Of a stretch of DNA of 64,000 nucleotides, positions 40,230 to 54,190 are shown in pieces (position 1 is the stretch's first letter; each line of letters begins with the position of its first letter). Origin of the DNA: the human T2T-CHM13v2.0 reference genome, Homo sapiens; NCBI RefSeq assembly GCF_009914755.1, contig NC_060927.1. One strand, given 5' to 3'. The position numbers and the translations under genes were made by a program. The notes under the pieces were generated by a model. That model was not told the DNA's origin. It was given only the letters and a program-made list of their open reading frames with translations, and searched no databases.

Positions 40230-42300
40230 ATTTTTATGAAAATAATAAATACATAAAAAAACTAAAATATGACTAAAGTACTTTTGATGCAAAACATTAG
40301 TCTCCTGTTCCATCTCACCATGCTTCCTGGTTCTGTTCTCTTTTGGCAGTTACTTTAACTCTTTAAACTGTTTCTTCTGGTTTTATCTGCATAATGTGTA
40401 CGTGTTACAATTTTTAAATTATTAATTTTAAATATTATCTAATTCTTATGTTAAACAGAACTTATTCCTATCTCTATAGTCATAATCTATCAGGTTTTAA
40501 TTTGACAAAAATCAGTATTTACATTATTGTGATTATATAAATATGATGCACTACAGCATCAAGTATTTTTTCTATGGTAGTTATTTTTTTGGAAAACATT
40601 TTGTTGTTTTTTGGAGTTAATATGACAGTCTTCATACTTTCATTGTTATCTTTAATATTTTTTCTGTTGTTGTTATAGGCCTTTCACTTTTCTCCATATG
40701 TTCATATATAAGATTATCTGAGTTGCCTTATTTTTCCCGAATATTTCTTCCTGAAATTTCCATTATTCTGTTTTAATCTGGATCAGTTATTATCATTTGA
40801 AGAGTTTCTTCCTCTCACTCTCTCTTTGTTTTACCACTTCCTTTTTTCTGGACCCTAACTGAATTTTATTCTTGAATTATTTCCTCATTTTGCTGGAGCA
40901 TATCCTGTAGCTTCTTTTTTTTTTTAAGAGTAAATTAAGGGAAAACTTTTTCATGTGTTTTACATCTAAAAAATGTTCTCATTCTGCCTCTACCCTTAAT
41001 TAGTAGTTAGGGTGGTAATGTGCGGCCTCATATTTATTTTTATTAATCAATGCATCATACGTGGTAAAGAAGTGATTTACAACAAATAGCTGTTGTGACT
41101 AATGAGTTGCAGAACTCTTAACTTATAGGGAACTTAGGGTTCTAATTGCGGAGGGAAAAATCTAATAGAGCTACTGAACAAATATGCAAGTTCTATTTGT
41201 ATTGAGATTCTTTGTGTGTTAAATGTTAAAATTTTAAAGTCTTTTTGTCAGAATATTGAAGCCATTGCTCCATCATCCATCATCCATCCTTTTTTTTTTT
41301 TTTGCCTCTTGAGAGGTTAATAATATCATTTCTTTTTTTTTTTTGCATGTCTTCTCATTTTCTCTTGAAGAGCTTTTAGAACATTCTCATTATTTACAGA
41401 GGTCTTATATTTCGTGATGTGCTTGATTTTCCTCCCATTATGCGGCTAAGTTTTTAAACTTGAAAATTTGTATTTTCAATTTTTTGATTCTTTATTTATT
41501 AAAAATAATATTTAAAGATTTACTCTATTTTCTCTGTACGTTCTTTTTTCTCTAAATGTTAGCTGGATATAGGTCTTCTTGGGTTGATTATTGGTAAGAG
41601 GAAGAAGAATCTTATTTCTTATTTTCCAACTTTTTGTTGTTTTGCTTTCTAGAGAATTTTCTGCACTTTATATCTATGCCAATTTAATTTTCATTTCATA
41701 TTTTCAAAAAGAGCTGTTTCTTGTTATTTTTTCGTATCATGTTCTTGATTAAAGATATGATCATTCTCATTTAAATGTGTTTATTATTTTGTTTTTTTTC
41801 CCATATATTATCTCTGCTCCACCTCACACATTTCCTTTTCCTTGTTAATATTTCTATTTGGCAATGGAGATTTTCCTCAATAATGAGTGTCTTCTGGCAA
41901 TTCACATATGAATAAGGCAGTAAAAAGCTCTGTGCCCACGGGCAGTGCATGACAACTGATGGGGTTCCCAGGGAATCAGATTGGCCATTCCATCAGAGGA
42001 CTTCTTTATAACAATATCTAGAGTCTACTTTCTGATATGTATCAGATTTTTACAGAAAAATTATTTTCTACCTGGGGTGACAAACCCCTAGTTCCCAGCA
42101 TTTTGTGAGCAGAAGTTTAAAATTCCTAGAGTGTCTTAACATTTCAATTTCTATTATACTGACTTTTAGTCATTCCCTCCCATCCCCATCTGCAGTTTTA
42201 ACACCTCTTATCTACCTTTTACTATTTTGGTGTTTTTTTGTTACCATCTCTTATCCACCTTTTACTATTTTGGTGTTTACAATATCAGAACCTATTTCCT
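40230..42300 (-). mobile_element. Degenerate L1ME fragments
   Basis: Very T-rich with scattered antisense L1 motifs. Boundaries are approximate. Confidence 0.45.
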
Positions 42301-42326
42301 ATGCTGCTGCTTTTTTTTTTTTCTTT

Positions 42327-42615
42327 TTTTTTTTTTTAATTATACTTTAAGTTTTAGGATACATGTGCACATTGTGCAGGTTAGTTACATATGTATACAT
42401 GTGCCATGCTGGTGCGCTGCACCCACTAACGTGTCATCTAGCATTAGGTATATCTCCCAATGCTATCCCTCCCCCCTCCCCCGACCCCACCACAGTCCCC
42501 AGAGTGTGATATTCCCCTTCCTGTGTCCATGTGATCTCATTGTTCAATTCCCACCTATGAGTGAGAATATGCAGTGTTTGGTTTTTTGTTCTTGCGATAG
42601 TTTACTGAGAATGAT
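42327..42615 (-). mobile_element. Young L1Hs (ACG/A, pre-Ta-like) 3' fragment
   Basis: The reverse reads ...gagatcacatggacacaggaaggggaatatcacactctggggactgtggtggggtcgggg...gctagatgacACGttagtggg...aaaacttAaagtat. TSD-like ttttttcttt at 42317-42326 and 42616-42625. Confidence 0.9.
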
Positions 42616-43476
42616 TTTTTTCTTTAGAAAACTGTCATTTCCTGCCTGGAAGAAAAAAAAGTAGAACTGGCCTTTGTCAGCTTATTCACAATCTTTGACC
42701 CAATCTTCCTGCATTTAGCCATGTAGCTCTGTGGTGCCTGATACTCCCAAGTCCCAAGAGACAAACAAACCACTTATCCTGTGGTCTTACCCACCAAAGG
42801 GGCTTCAGTTGTAGCTTTTTCTGATCTACCAATGCAGTTACATCTCATCAATCCCCTCTTCCAAAAGTACTATTGCAATAACTTTTTCATTAATAGCTAG
42901 TTCCCTTTTTTCTTTTATTTGCTCCCATTGTCCTGATTATGTATATATAATACTTTCAATCATACACAAGTTATAAATTTTTCATGTTTCACATGGAGTT
43001 CTGTTTATTTTAATAAATAATTAACATCTTTAATTCATAATCATATTGCTTTTCAGAGATAGTGTATACCATCAGCAGTAAATGAGAGTGCTCATTTCTC
43101 CAGCCCCAAGCCAAAACTCTTAAAACAAAACAAACATTTTGGCCAATATGTGAAATGAATTTGGTATCTTTGTCTAATTTGCACTTCCATCCTTTCTAAC
43201 ATATGTAAATATGTGTCTTTACCTTATTGGACATTTGTATTTATCTTTTTATCTTTTAACAATTACTATTACTTGCTCTTGTTTCTGAAGATGCTTTTTC
43301 ATTATTGGTTTACAAAATATCTTTATATATTAGGGATATAAATTCTTTATCAAGTTTTTTGCAATTATTTACTTTTTGAGGAAGAATAGTACCTTTCCTT
43401 TTGCTGACTTGCAATCTACACGGATTCAGCTGACGTTCTTTATCATTAATATAACTTTCCATATTTCTTTCCACAG

Positions 43477-43631
43477 GCAGATCCTTGCAGCAGCCAAAAG
43501 AGCTGACCAAGTTGGCCATTTTCTTTGGGTGGGATCAGACAGCTGGGGATCCAAAATAAACCCACTGCACCAGCATGAAGATATCGCAGAAGGGGCCATC
43601 ACCATTCAGCCCAAGCGAGCCACGGTGGAAG
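43477..43631 (+). CDS. GRM7: GRM7 internal coding exon (probably exon 4), Venus-flytrap domain
   Basis: Acceptor tttctttccacag|G and donor GAAG|gtatgg. 155 nt. Completes the AA|G Lys codon from the previous exon, then reads [51 protein letters not shown] (contained in ORF 43376..43888). WVGSDSWG is a group III mGluR motif. Confidence 0.97.
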
Positions 43632-44769
43632 GTATGGGTTTCATCAGCAGTAGGTTTGCTGAGAGAAGTTCTGGTGCCATGCTGAATGGCCAAGCATGTG
43701 ACTTTTTAGGGGTTTGGCATTTTTACCAAACTCATGTGGGGTTGTTTCAAACTTATAGCCATGAAATGCAAATGAGGCCACACACCTGGTCTGTTCTTTT
43801 AGTTGAAATTCCTCTTTTGAGGAGATCATATTATTTTCATAATATCACGATTAGCAAAAACATTCTTTCTTTTTCATTCATGCCATAGGAACTTTCTGAG
43901 AGGAGAGCATTATCATTAATAAGTAAAGTATACACATCCAAGTGTGTATAAGTGAGCTACGTTTTCCAAGAGAATCCTTTCACTTTGTAACGCATCCATT
44001 ATTTCCTTATTAGAAGAAGTACAAGAACCCTTTCCCCCCTTATCTCTCAAGGTCCCTTCCAGCTCAGGGAGGCTGTAATACAGCACACCACCTCTCTCAG
44101 GCACCAGCATCCCCTCACCTTCCTAGGTCCCTTTTGTTTTCACTCTCTCCTTTTCTTGCCTTTCTAAACTTATGCCTCTTTCTTTGCCTTCCTTGCTACT
44201 GCAAAGATATTTTGAGAGGCAGAAGTAGGAAAGAGTGTCTGTTGCCACCCTGTAATCTGACAAAATTTGCCGATTATAAGTTATGTTATTCTTTAATTTG
44301 GAAAGAAAAGTTGTTTCTAAAAGAAGACGCTGTGTAAAAGGAGCTTCTCTGCTGATAGCCTGCTTTGTGTTCCTTTTCTGATGGGCCATGTCTCCAAAGA
44401 TTCTCTAAAACATGCTTTGCGCATTAAAAAGAACTCTATCCTCTCACTCAAAAAGGGATCAAATATTTGCATTTTCTATTCTCTCTCCACTCAAATCTAA
44501 TTAATTATTCTCCTCAGAAGGCTGCATGTTCTGTGTAGGCTTTTTAGACAAATCAGGTTGTGGTTCTGTCACTGTTTCCTTTCTGTTATCTGGAGGAGAT
44601 AAAAATCTCATGAGTCACCCATGTTTTCACTGGGAGGCTTTGAATTAATTTCATTCCCCAGTACATATCCAGAAAAGATTGCCTATCTTACAACCCAGAC
44701 CAATGCATTTGCAGATGGGTTGCAAGAATAAAGGACGATATTTTAACCTTCTCCATTCCTTGCACTGGA

Positions 44770-45720
44770 AAAACTGTGTATCTGTTGTGTGCCTTGCTCA
44801 GTGCTAGGAGTCAGGAAAACAAAAGATGAGGACTCAAAATTCTCACCCTCAAAGCATACAGAGCTGAGTGCAGGTGTCAGAACAGGCAGAGACTACATGG
44901 GAAACATTGTAAGTACAGTATGGAGGGCACAGAGAGTTACCATGGAGGCTTTCCTAGGGTGGTGGTGATATGGTTGGGGAAGATATCGTTGGATGCGAGA
45001 AGTGATAACTGGGATGAAAGTTCCCTCAGAGATACAGGGAAATGAAGGAACAGGACACATTAGGGAAAATACAAATAATTCATTCTGCAGCACTGTCCTG
45101 CACTCCTGCCTTCTTAAAATCCTTCCAGTTCTTTAAGAATGTTCCTATTTACAAGACACTGGGGAGACCCTTTCCTCTTCTAGAGTACTAATCATTGCTA
45201 CACTGTTTGGTTGATTGACTTCTATTTATTTTGGGGGTCTCAGATGTTAATTTTTCATGGGAGCCATCTGTGGCCATCTCACCCCAACCAAGTGTGGGTT
45301 AGAAACCCCTTCCATTCCTTCTATGGCATCCCACACATCTCCTACTGTTGGAACTACCTCTTTACTTGTCTCTGTCTAGAAATATCCCTATTATGCACCA
45401 TCGTACCCCCAGCACATGGTTCTTTGCTGAAAGTTGTAGGTGCTCAAACACATTCTTAAGTGATTATGTGTCTGGAGGGATGGAGGAATCGCAGATCATA
45501 TAAGGACATGGCACAAAATCAGTTTGAAAGTGGGCCAGAAGTTGCATTGCAAAGGGTCTTGAAAACTGTACTAAGGAGTTTGTTACTTTATGCTGAAAAT
45601 CTGAAGAGCATCCGCATGTGTGAGATGTGATTGTGGTGGCATTGGAAGGTTTAGAAGTTCACTCAGGTGACTGTAAGGAGGGGTGAAGGGCAAGAGTTGG
45701 GTGAGATTCAAGGAAAACGA
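44770..45720. mobile_element. Cluster of L2 fragments in both orientations
   Basis: tgctcagtgctagg...ctcaccctcaaag; gtacccccagcacatgg...gtaggtgctcaaacac; gaagttcactcaggtgactg. Confidence 0.5.
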
Positions 45721-48456
45721 AGAACTTTCAGGGCTTCAACTGAGGTCCTCTCTTCCTAGGCTGTGGATGCCATGTAGACACAATGCACATATTCCATGGC
45801 CATTAACCCCTGATGCCTGATATTTTAGGGAACTTACTGGGTTATCTCAAAGGTTTAACAAATTATTGAGGTAAAATATTATTTTCATGTAGATATAGAA
45901 ATATACAAATTTACAAAATCAGACAAAGAACAGCATCATGAACTAGCAAAGTAAAAATTAAGATTCCAAAGAATGAAATTGGAGAGCACTGTTTTAAAAA
46001 CAATGTTAGAATGTGATGGAATAGCAAGAGTTCATATGAAATTTTCTAATCTCACCCAGAGAAGAGTGAAGATTTTTTGTGGCCATGTACAAAAATGCTG
46101 TGGCTTCCATCTAGCCATATTGCCTAGGTACATTTCTTATAAAGAACAATCAAGTTTTGTTCACTTTCGTAGCAGACAGAACATTAAGATAGCATCTATG
46201 CATTTACAGTGTCACTTCTATGAAAGTTAAAAAAGAAGAAATGCATTCAGTTATGCCAAAGCTTCTGAACAAAACTATGAAATAATCTAAGATAAAACTA
46301 TAAATGGAGCAGAGCCTATGTGGGCAAGTAAGTTTTCCTGTCCTTCCCTACAGTCATTTGCTTGTTTTCTTGTTTGTTTCCTTTTATCTTTTTCCTGTTT
46401 TGCAGATGTTTCATATTGAATTATGCTGGGGTAGAATATTTTTCAAATATTCATGATACTGCTCCATTCCTATATCTTTGTGTTGTATAATGCTATACCC
46501 TCAGATGGAAGGGAAAAGCCAATCAGTAATCTACCTTTTTTTCCCTTTAGATCCATATCATGACTACGTTCAGCAAACATCTGGATTTTCGGCCGGCATT
46601 TTTCTGAGTATGCATTCAAAATAAGCAGAAATTGTGTTAGGCCAAAATGCTGGCAGATTTATTGCCTCTTTGAAAGTGGCCTTTCTCTTCTATCTGTACT
46701 TATTCTCCATTTGTGGAAAAAGGGAACTTTAGTGTTTCTTAGCCAAGGGTGTCATTTCCCCCCTTTCGATTTAATGATGAAAGGAGCCAGTTTCCTGGAG
46801 GGGTGGCTGTGGTCCCGCTGCCTGCCCAGTGTTTATGGGAAATCTGGGGAATGTCTCTAGAACTTGGCAGCACTCCTCCAGCTCCTGAGCCAAAACACTT
46901 CTGTAATTTTTAGTGTGTCTGCATTGTCTGATGAGCCAAGGAATCCCTGGCATTTCCTCACTCATGTGTTGCCCCATTAACTAGACTCTTAATAATCCTC
47001 TGCAGCCTCCAAGGAATCTGCAGAGTACTAATGGCCTACGTTGCCTTCAACTCTTCATCCTCCAAAGTGCTCTGCTTCTCTGAAAGGAGGCTGTCCTAGG
47101 CATCCTCTAATTATGGCCAACAAGGGTCATGGACCAGCATAATTTCATCTCTTCCATACTCATTAACATTAGGAAGCTAGTATAATGAAGGGTAGATTTT
47201 CAAAACTAACTATAATGACTCTCACAATTGGTGATGATTTTCAAATGGGACTGTAGAACAGCTTGGTTCATGAGTTAAATCTGCAATGTATGTAGGAATA
47301 GACAAAACATACTCTGGACCCAGCATTAAAGAGCTAGCTTTTTAAAAATAATAGTAATTTTTACTTATGATTTGAATGAATTCTTTATTTTTCCTAAAAC
47401 TGGAAAGAACAAAGCTGTGAAGATCTGAACTAAAATATTCCTGGCTCCAATTTAGATATGCCCTACTTTAGCTTCTCTTGATTACCTGCAATGGTCTACC
47501 TGTGTCACAGGGTTTCTCTAGGTGAATGGGGAAAAAAAATGAGAAAGAAAATATTGCCTTGAACCACAATGCTGCTTCTAAGCAATGCGTATGTCTTTTG
47601 GCCCTATCACCTTGTTTGATAAGAGAGCAATGAGATACTGCATGATAAACCTGTACTCCTGCTATTTGTGGCAGAGTGGGTTTCTGTCACTTGCAACCCA
47701 GACTACTTGAAAAAATATAGTTGAGCCCAAACTACTTGAAAATATGGTTGAAAGCTTCTTCAGGGCCTTTTGTTCCACTTTTTATGGTTTCTGAGTTATA
47801 CCCTATCCAAGTGCCATTTAGCCTACATCATTCCACTCTCTTTTTTCTCTCTTCCCTTATCCCTCTCGCATGAGATCTCTGCATTCTCTGAGCCCCATTA
47901 TAAGTCTCATCTACCCTTCCATACTTTCCTTTCCTCATCACATCAGCCTTGTTCCACATCTCATCCCCTCAGGTGTGCTGTGTCTATTCCACTTTGAAGC
48001 ATCTGTCACATATAATTAGTTATTCTTTGTATATATCAAGGTTATTAAGTAGGATCAAAATGATACATATATCCTTTATGAACAAGTTCTAGAGGTCAAG
48101 AATAAAATAGTAAAGAGAAAAATCTTTTTAAAAAAGATAGATTCAAATATACCTGGGAAATGTAGATGAACTATGCGGTCATTCTCCAGAAATCTAATTG
48201 AGAATTGAGAAGAGCTTTGAGAGACAACTTCTTCTACAGGAAGAATGATAAAATGAGCCAGATCCAGTAAATAAGTTTTCATTGTCAAAAGGAAAAGACA
48301 AACTTCCCTCTTCCAAGGCCAGCATCCACTGGACTCATAGGTGAAATCCCACAGGGAACAGGCAGGCAGACCATACATAAGAAAGGATCTCAGTCTGATA
48401 GGCTAAGCTACATAGTGGCAACAGATAGACTCTCAATGGACTAATGGAATGCATGA

Positions 48457-48873
<417 letters not shown>

Positions 48874-49766
48874 TCAACACATTCTTCTTTCACCACTGTA
48901 CAGCTTTGGAAAGAGAGTGGTAGATTCACATACACTACTCACAAATGCTTTTACCTGTAAGAAATGTCCATGATTTCTCCTCCTCTATCATTAACCAATA
49001 ACAAAGTCATAGCAAATTTTCCTTTCAAGGAGCTTGTTTATGAAAATAAAGGAGAGCTGAATATTGATGAATCTGAGTCCTGTCTCCCTCAAGCTCTGTT
49101 TAACTGAAACCTTTGGTAGCATTTAGGACACTAGGAGCAGTGCTTTGGAACTTTTTAACAGCGGGCAATAAATGATGAGCGATGCCCTGTCCCTTACTTT
49201 GCCACAGATGTCTGAACAGCTCTGACACCACATGCGGTGTCTTGGCAGCAATGCAAAGGAGGGGCTTCCAGGGTCAGTAGAAAACATGCTACTTGGCAGT
49301 GTCTTGGCAGTGCTACTGTGGCCAGAGGATCCCAGAAGAAGAGAGCAGTTCCTCAAAAGGAAGGGAGGCAATCAGTAGACTCATATGAGAGAAGTAGGTG
49401 GACAACCTTTGGGGACATACTGCAAGAGCCATGTGGGAAAGTGTCCCTGGGGCTTGGTAGGGTCGAGTGATATTATTCCATTTATTCCTGCAGACTGTAG
49501 CTTGGTGAAATTCCAGTTACCTCAAGGAGACTGTGGATTTGTCATTTGTGACTGATGTTCTTGACATTCTCTTGGCCTTTTTGATAAGCAGAAAACTTCT
49601 CCCAATATGTTGGTTTAAAATGCCAAATGCTGACTTACCCAACCTTCCCTGCAGTTAGAGGATGAACAAGTGACTTAATCCTGACCATTGGGATGGATGA
49701 TGACATTATCTGAGGGAACTTCATAGAGATATTTCCCTCCCTTAGAAAAAAAAAATGTCATGTTAA

Positions 49767-50286
<520 letters not shown>

Positions 50287-50894
50287 TAATACCAGAGGAA
50301 GGCAGAAAAGACAGATAGAAAAAGCAAAAAGCCTAGGCCCATGATGACCTTACTTAAGCTGTCAAACCAGTCCTGGAATTATCTACATTAGTATTTGTTC
50401 TTATGTTAGAAAAATTACTGTTATCTTTAAGCCCCTTTTAAGCTATATATTTTGTTATATGCAACCTAAGGTATTCTTAATAAAATACCTTTCTTATTCA
50501 CCTCTGTATACCCAGCACTTGAATATTACCTGTAAATTAATGGACTCTTACAAAATATCTGTTGAATAAATGGGCCTTACAAAATGATGATTTTTTTAAA
50601 AATAAGGAGTATAAGTCATTACTGTAGAGTGAAAGTTCAGATAGCTTCAAGACAGATTGTTACCTTTGCTATTAATATATATCCCTATATTTATCACCAC
50701 AGGAAATAATATTTTGGTAAATTTCTATTATAAGGTGAAGCTATTTCACATGCGTTTTTTATAGAAATTATGAACTTTGTGAAAATATCCATGCAAGAAT
50801 TGTCCCTAAGGGAAAATATAAACTAACGAATGCTCTTACAATCATGAAGTCAGTACAGCTTGTGGTTCATGAGTGGCAGCAAAGTTGTAAAATG

Positions 50895-50916
50895 GAGAGA
50901 GAGAGAGAGAGAGAGA
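50895..50916. repeat. (GA)n microsatellite
   Basis: Read directly from the sequence. Confidence 0.9.
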
Positions 50917-51589
50917 TTTAATATTTTAAACAAATACCCTTTGTGTTGAAATTAGAAATGTATAAATATTGATATCCTGAATTTTAATTCTAAAGAAAAA
51001 AGCAGAACGCCAGTGTCTTGATAAAACATTTCTCAGGTCTAGGAAATTAGACATCAATTATATTATTGGAGGGTTTCATTGAATAAGCACATCTGACACT
51101 GGGTAGATTTTTCCTTTAAAATCATTTAATACCTCAAAGCTTAAAATCTTGAATTTCATGTGACCCTTGCCCAATTGAGAACTGATTATGTGTATAATGT
51201 GTGCTCAGGATTATAAAATGATTCATCTAACTATGTCAGCAGCAACTTTCTCCCTAAGTTATCGTATCCACATTGTAATATTCCATCCCCCGTCTTTCTC
51301 CCTCCCCCCTAAAAATTGATTTCACTGTCATCACATCATCATTAGCATCTCTATATATTGCAAAGTTATAAGTAATGGGCTGTTGGATATGGAAGATAAC
51401 ATTCATCCAGTTTTCAAGTGTTAACTGTCTGCTGTTTGTCAGACACTGACTATGGCCAATTGCTGGTGACCACAAAACAGAGATCTTTGCTAACGTATGA
51501 ATTTACACTCTAGCAGAAGTAGACAGATGATAATCAATAGGCACAATAAGTAAGTAAATTATATACAATAATAGGGGTGGTAAAAGCTG

Positions 51590-52890
51590 TAATTTCTACT
51601 CTTTATTGATACTTTTTATTTTGGTCATGTCTTTTTTTCCTATTTTCACTTAGTTCTTTGTCCATGGTTTCCTGTAGCTCTTTGAGATATTTAAGATAAT
51701 TGATTTAAATTCTTTGTTTAGTAAGTCCAATGTCTGGGCTTCTTAATGGACAGTTTCTGTCCATTTTTCCTCCCTTTGAATAAGCCATATCTTCCTATTT
51801 ATTTGTATTTTTTAAAATTTCTGTTGTCAAATCCTTGGCATTGGAATCTTATGATGTAGTAGCTCTAGAAATAGGATTTTCCACTTTCCCCTTAGTATAA
51901 TGTTCTTGATTGTTGAAGGCTACAATCAAGTTTGTTTAGTGACTTTTCCATACTATTTCTGCAAAGATTGTATTCTTTGTCATGTGTGATTACTGAAATC
52001 TGTTTTTTTTTTTAACCTTATATTCAGCCAGTGTCTTGTCAGAGATTTCTCTAAATGTCAGGACTATTAGAAAGAAAACAAAACAACAACAAAAACAAAA
52101 CAAAACAAAAAAACACTCCCAGTCTTTGCTGATTGGTCCTGTGCTGGGACATTCTGTCAACCCTTAGTTAGGCCCCTCATAACTGTGCCTTATCTTTCAC
52201 TTCCTGCTTGCCCTGACCTAGGTCAGTCACCAGTGAAAGCTTAAGGTCTTCTCAGGTCTTTTCTGAGTGTACACCCTGCCCTGGACATGCCCGTGGGTTT
52301 CTAAATTCTCTATTTTACATAGGTACTTTTCAATGCCCTCATTTTTCAAAAGAACTCTTTCCAGCTTTTTCTCCTAGGCTTAATGCTGTATATTGCATGC
52401 CTCAACTTTAATCCTTTGCCCCAGGTGGCTGTGGGTTTTTCATTCACCTCACAGTGTTTTCTAGCAATGCCTCCCTATTCTCCACCCTGAGAAGTTCTGA
52501 GTTAGGTGAAAAAGAAACAAATAAACTTTGTCCATCCTTCAGGTAGCCCCCAGACAAATTAGAACAGACAAATACAATAATTTGTGAATAAATTCGTCTT
52601 TATTCCCTCTGGAACCCTATATGAGGATCCCACAATAGGCACATTGACCTCTGTTCTCAGGGCCACTGCTAAGCCTGGTAAGAGGTGGGACAAAGACAAG
52701 TAAAAATGTCACAAAGCTTTCCCATCCTATTTGTCTTTTTCTTGATTTAATGTTCACTTGGTTGCTGTAAACCTTTGAGTTTTCAGCATTCTGACAAAAT
52801 TGGTTTTGACAGTTTCTACTTGCTTTTCAATATTTCTGTGGAGGGACAGGAGCTTGGAGCTGCCTACTCTGCCATTTTGCTAACATCACA
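51590..52890 (-). mobile_element. Old L1M 5'UTR/ORF1-start fragment inserted into an L2
   Basis: Ends gagctgcctactctgccattttgct (a reverse L1M 5' end). L2 sequence lies on both sides. Confidence 0.65.
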
Positions 52891-52894
52891 CCTG

Positions 52895-54190
52895 ACAAGT
52901 GCTATAAAGTAAGAAAAAATAGAGCAGGAAAAGGGAAATCATCAGTGGTCAGGGGTGTTGCAATTTTAAATGGAGTGGTCAAGATACTCTCATCAAGATG
53001 TCTTTTGATAAGTGATTTGAATAAATAAAGGAATTATCCAAGTATCTATCAGGGAAAGAGTGTACTGGGCATAGAAAACACTGCCAGGGTCCTAATGAAG
53101 GAGCACACTGGGCATGGGTGAGAAACAGCACAGAAACTGGTGAGCCGGAGCACAGTGAGGAAGAGGGAGATGAAGTCAGGATATAAAAGGAGGATCAGAT
53201 CTCATGGGACCATGCAGGTGATTGCATGGACTTTGCTATTGATTACGAGTAAAGTAAGAGACCATTGTAGGGTTTGAGCACAGGAATAACCTGATCTGTC
53301 TTATGTACTTAAAGGATCATATTGGCTATTAGGCTGAATGCAGAATATAGGGTAAGAAGGATAATATCTAGGAGACTGGTAATGAGGTTATTCCCCCCAA
53401 AACAAAGAAACAACAACCACCGCAACAAAAAACAAATGAGAGATGACAGTAGGGTGAACCAGGGTGTAATGCTGAAGATAATGAAATAAGTCTGGATTTA
53501 AAATATATTTTGAAGCTAAAGTCAATAGGGATTTAGAACAGGAAAAAATATATAAGAATGACTGCAAGGTTTTTTACTTGCATAACTAGAGAGATGGAAT
53601 TATGATCAGCTGAGATGGAGAATACTATCATTAGAGCAGGTTTTAAGGGAACAAACAGCAATGCCAATTCTGGAGGTGTTAAGTTTGAGATACTTATTAG
53701 ACATCCAAGTATCTATCCAAGTATCTCAGTATCTGAAGGTAGGCAATTGCAATTAAGTAAGCAACCGGATACATAAGCCTGGAGTTTATGGGAGACATCT
53801 GGAAACAAAATTCAATTTTGTGCAGCCATTGAAATATAGATGGTATTTTAAGTAACACAGAAAATAGGGGACCAAAGGACACTTGCTAGAATATTCTGTC
53901 ACTTGCTAGAATATTCTGTCATCACGAGGATAAGAAAAGAGAAGCCAGACTGGCCAGTGAGGAAGAACAAAAATAATATGAGTATAATTTATTGGAAACC
54001 AGGTAACGTAACTGTTTTTAGAGTGGAGCGATTTCATCAGCTTCATCAATGTACTGCTGCGAAGTTAGGCAGAAGTACTGAGAATTGACCATTCAATTTG
54101 ACAATGTCTCTACATCATTGGTGATTTTTTACATAGACTTATTGCGTCTGAGTGATTGGAAAAAGTCTGGTGAAGTGAATACAAAAACGA
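52895..54190 (-). mobile_element. L2 (continuation of 51440-51590)
   Basis: ggagtggtcaagata...accattgtagggtttgagca...tgttaagtttgagatacttattagacatccaagt...actgagaattgaccatt. Confidence 0.8.
53881..53920. repeat. Perfect 20-bp tandem duplication (acttgctagaatattctgtc)x2
   Basis: Read directly from the sequence. Confidence 0.97.

Noticed and set aside
53881-53920. CRISPR-like or regularly spaced repeat array
   Set aside because: Only two adjacent copies with no spacers, in a eukaryotic intron. No arrays were seen anywhere in the window.
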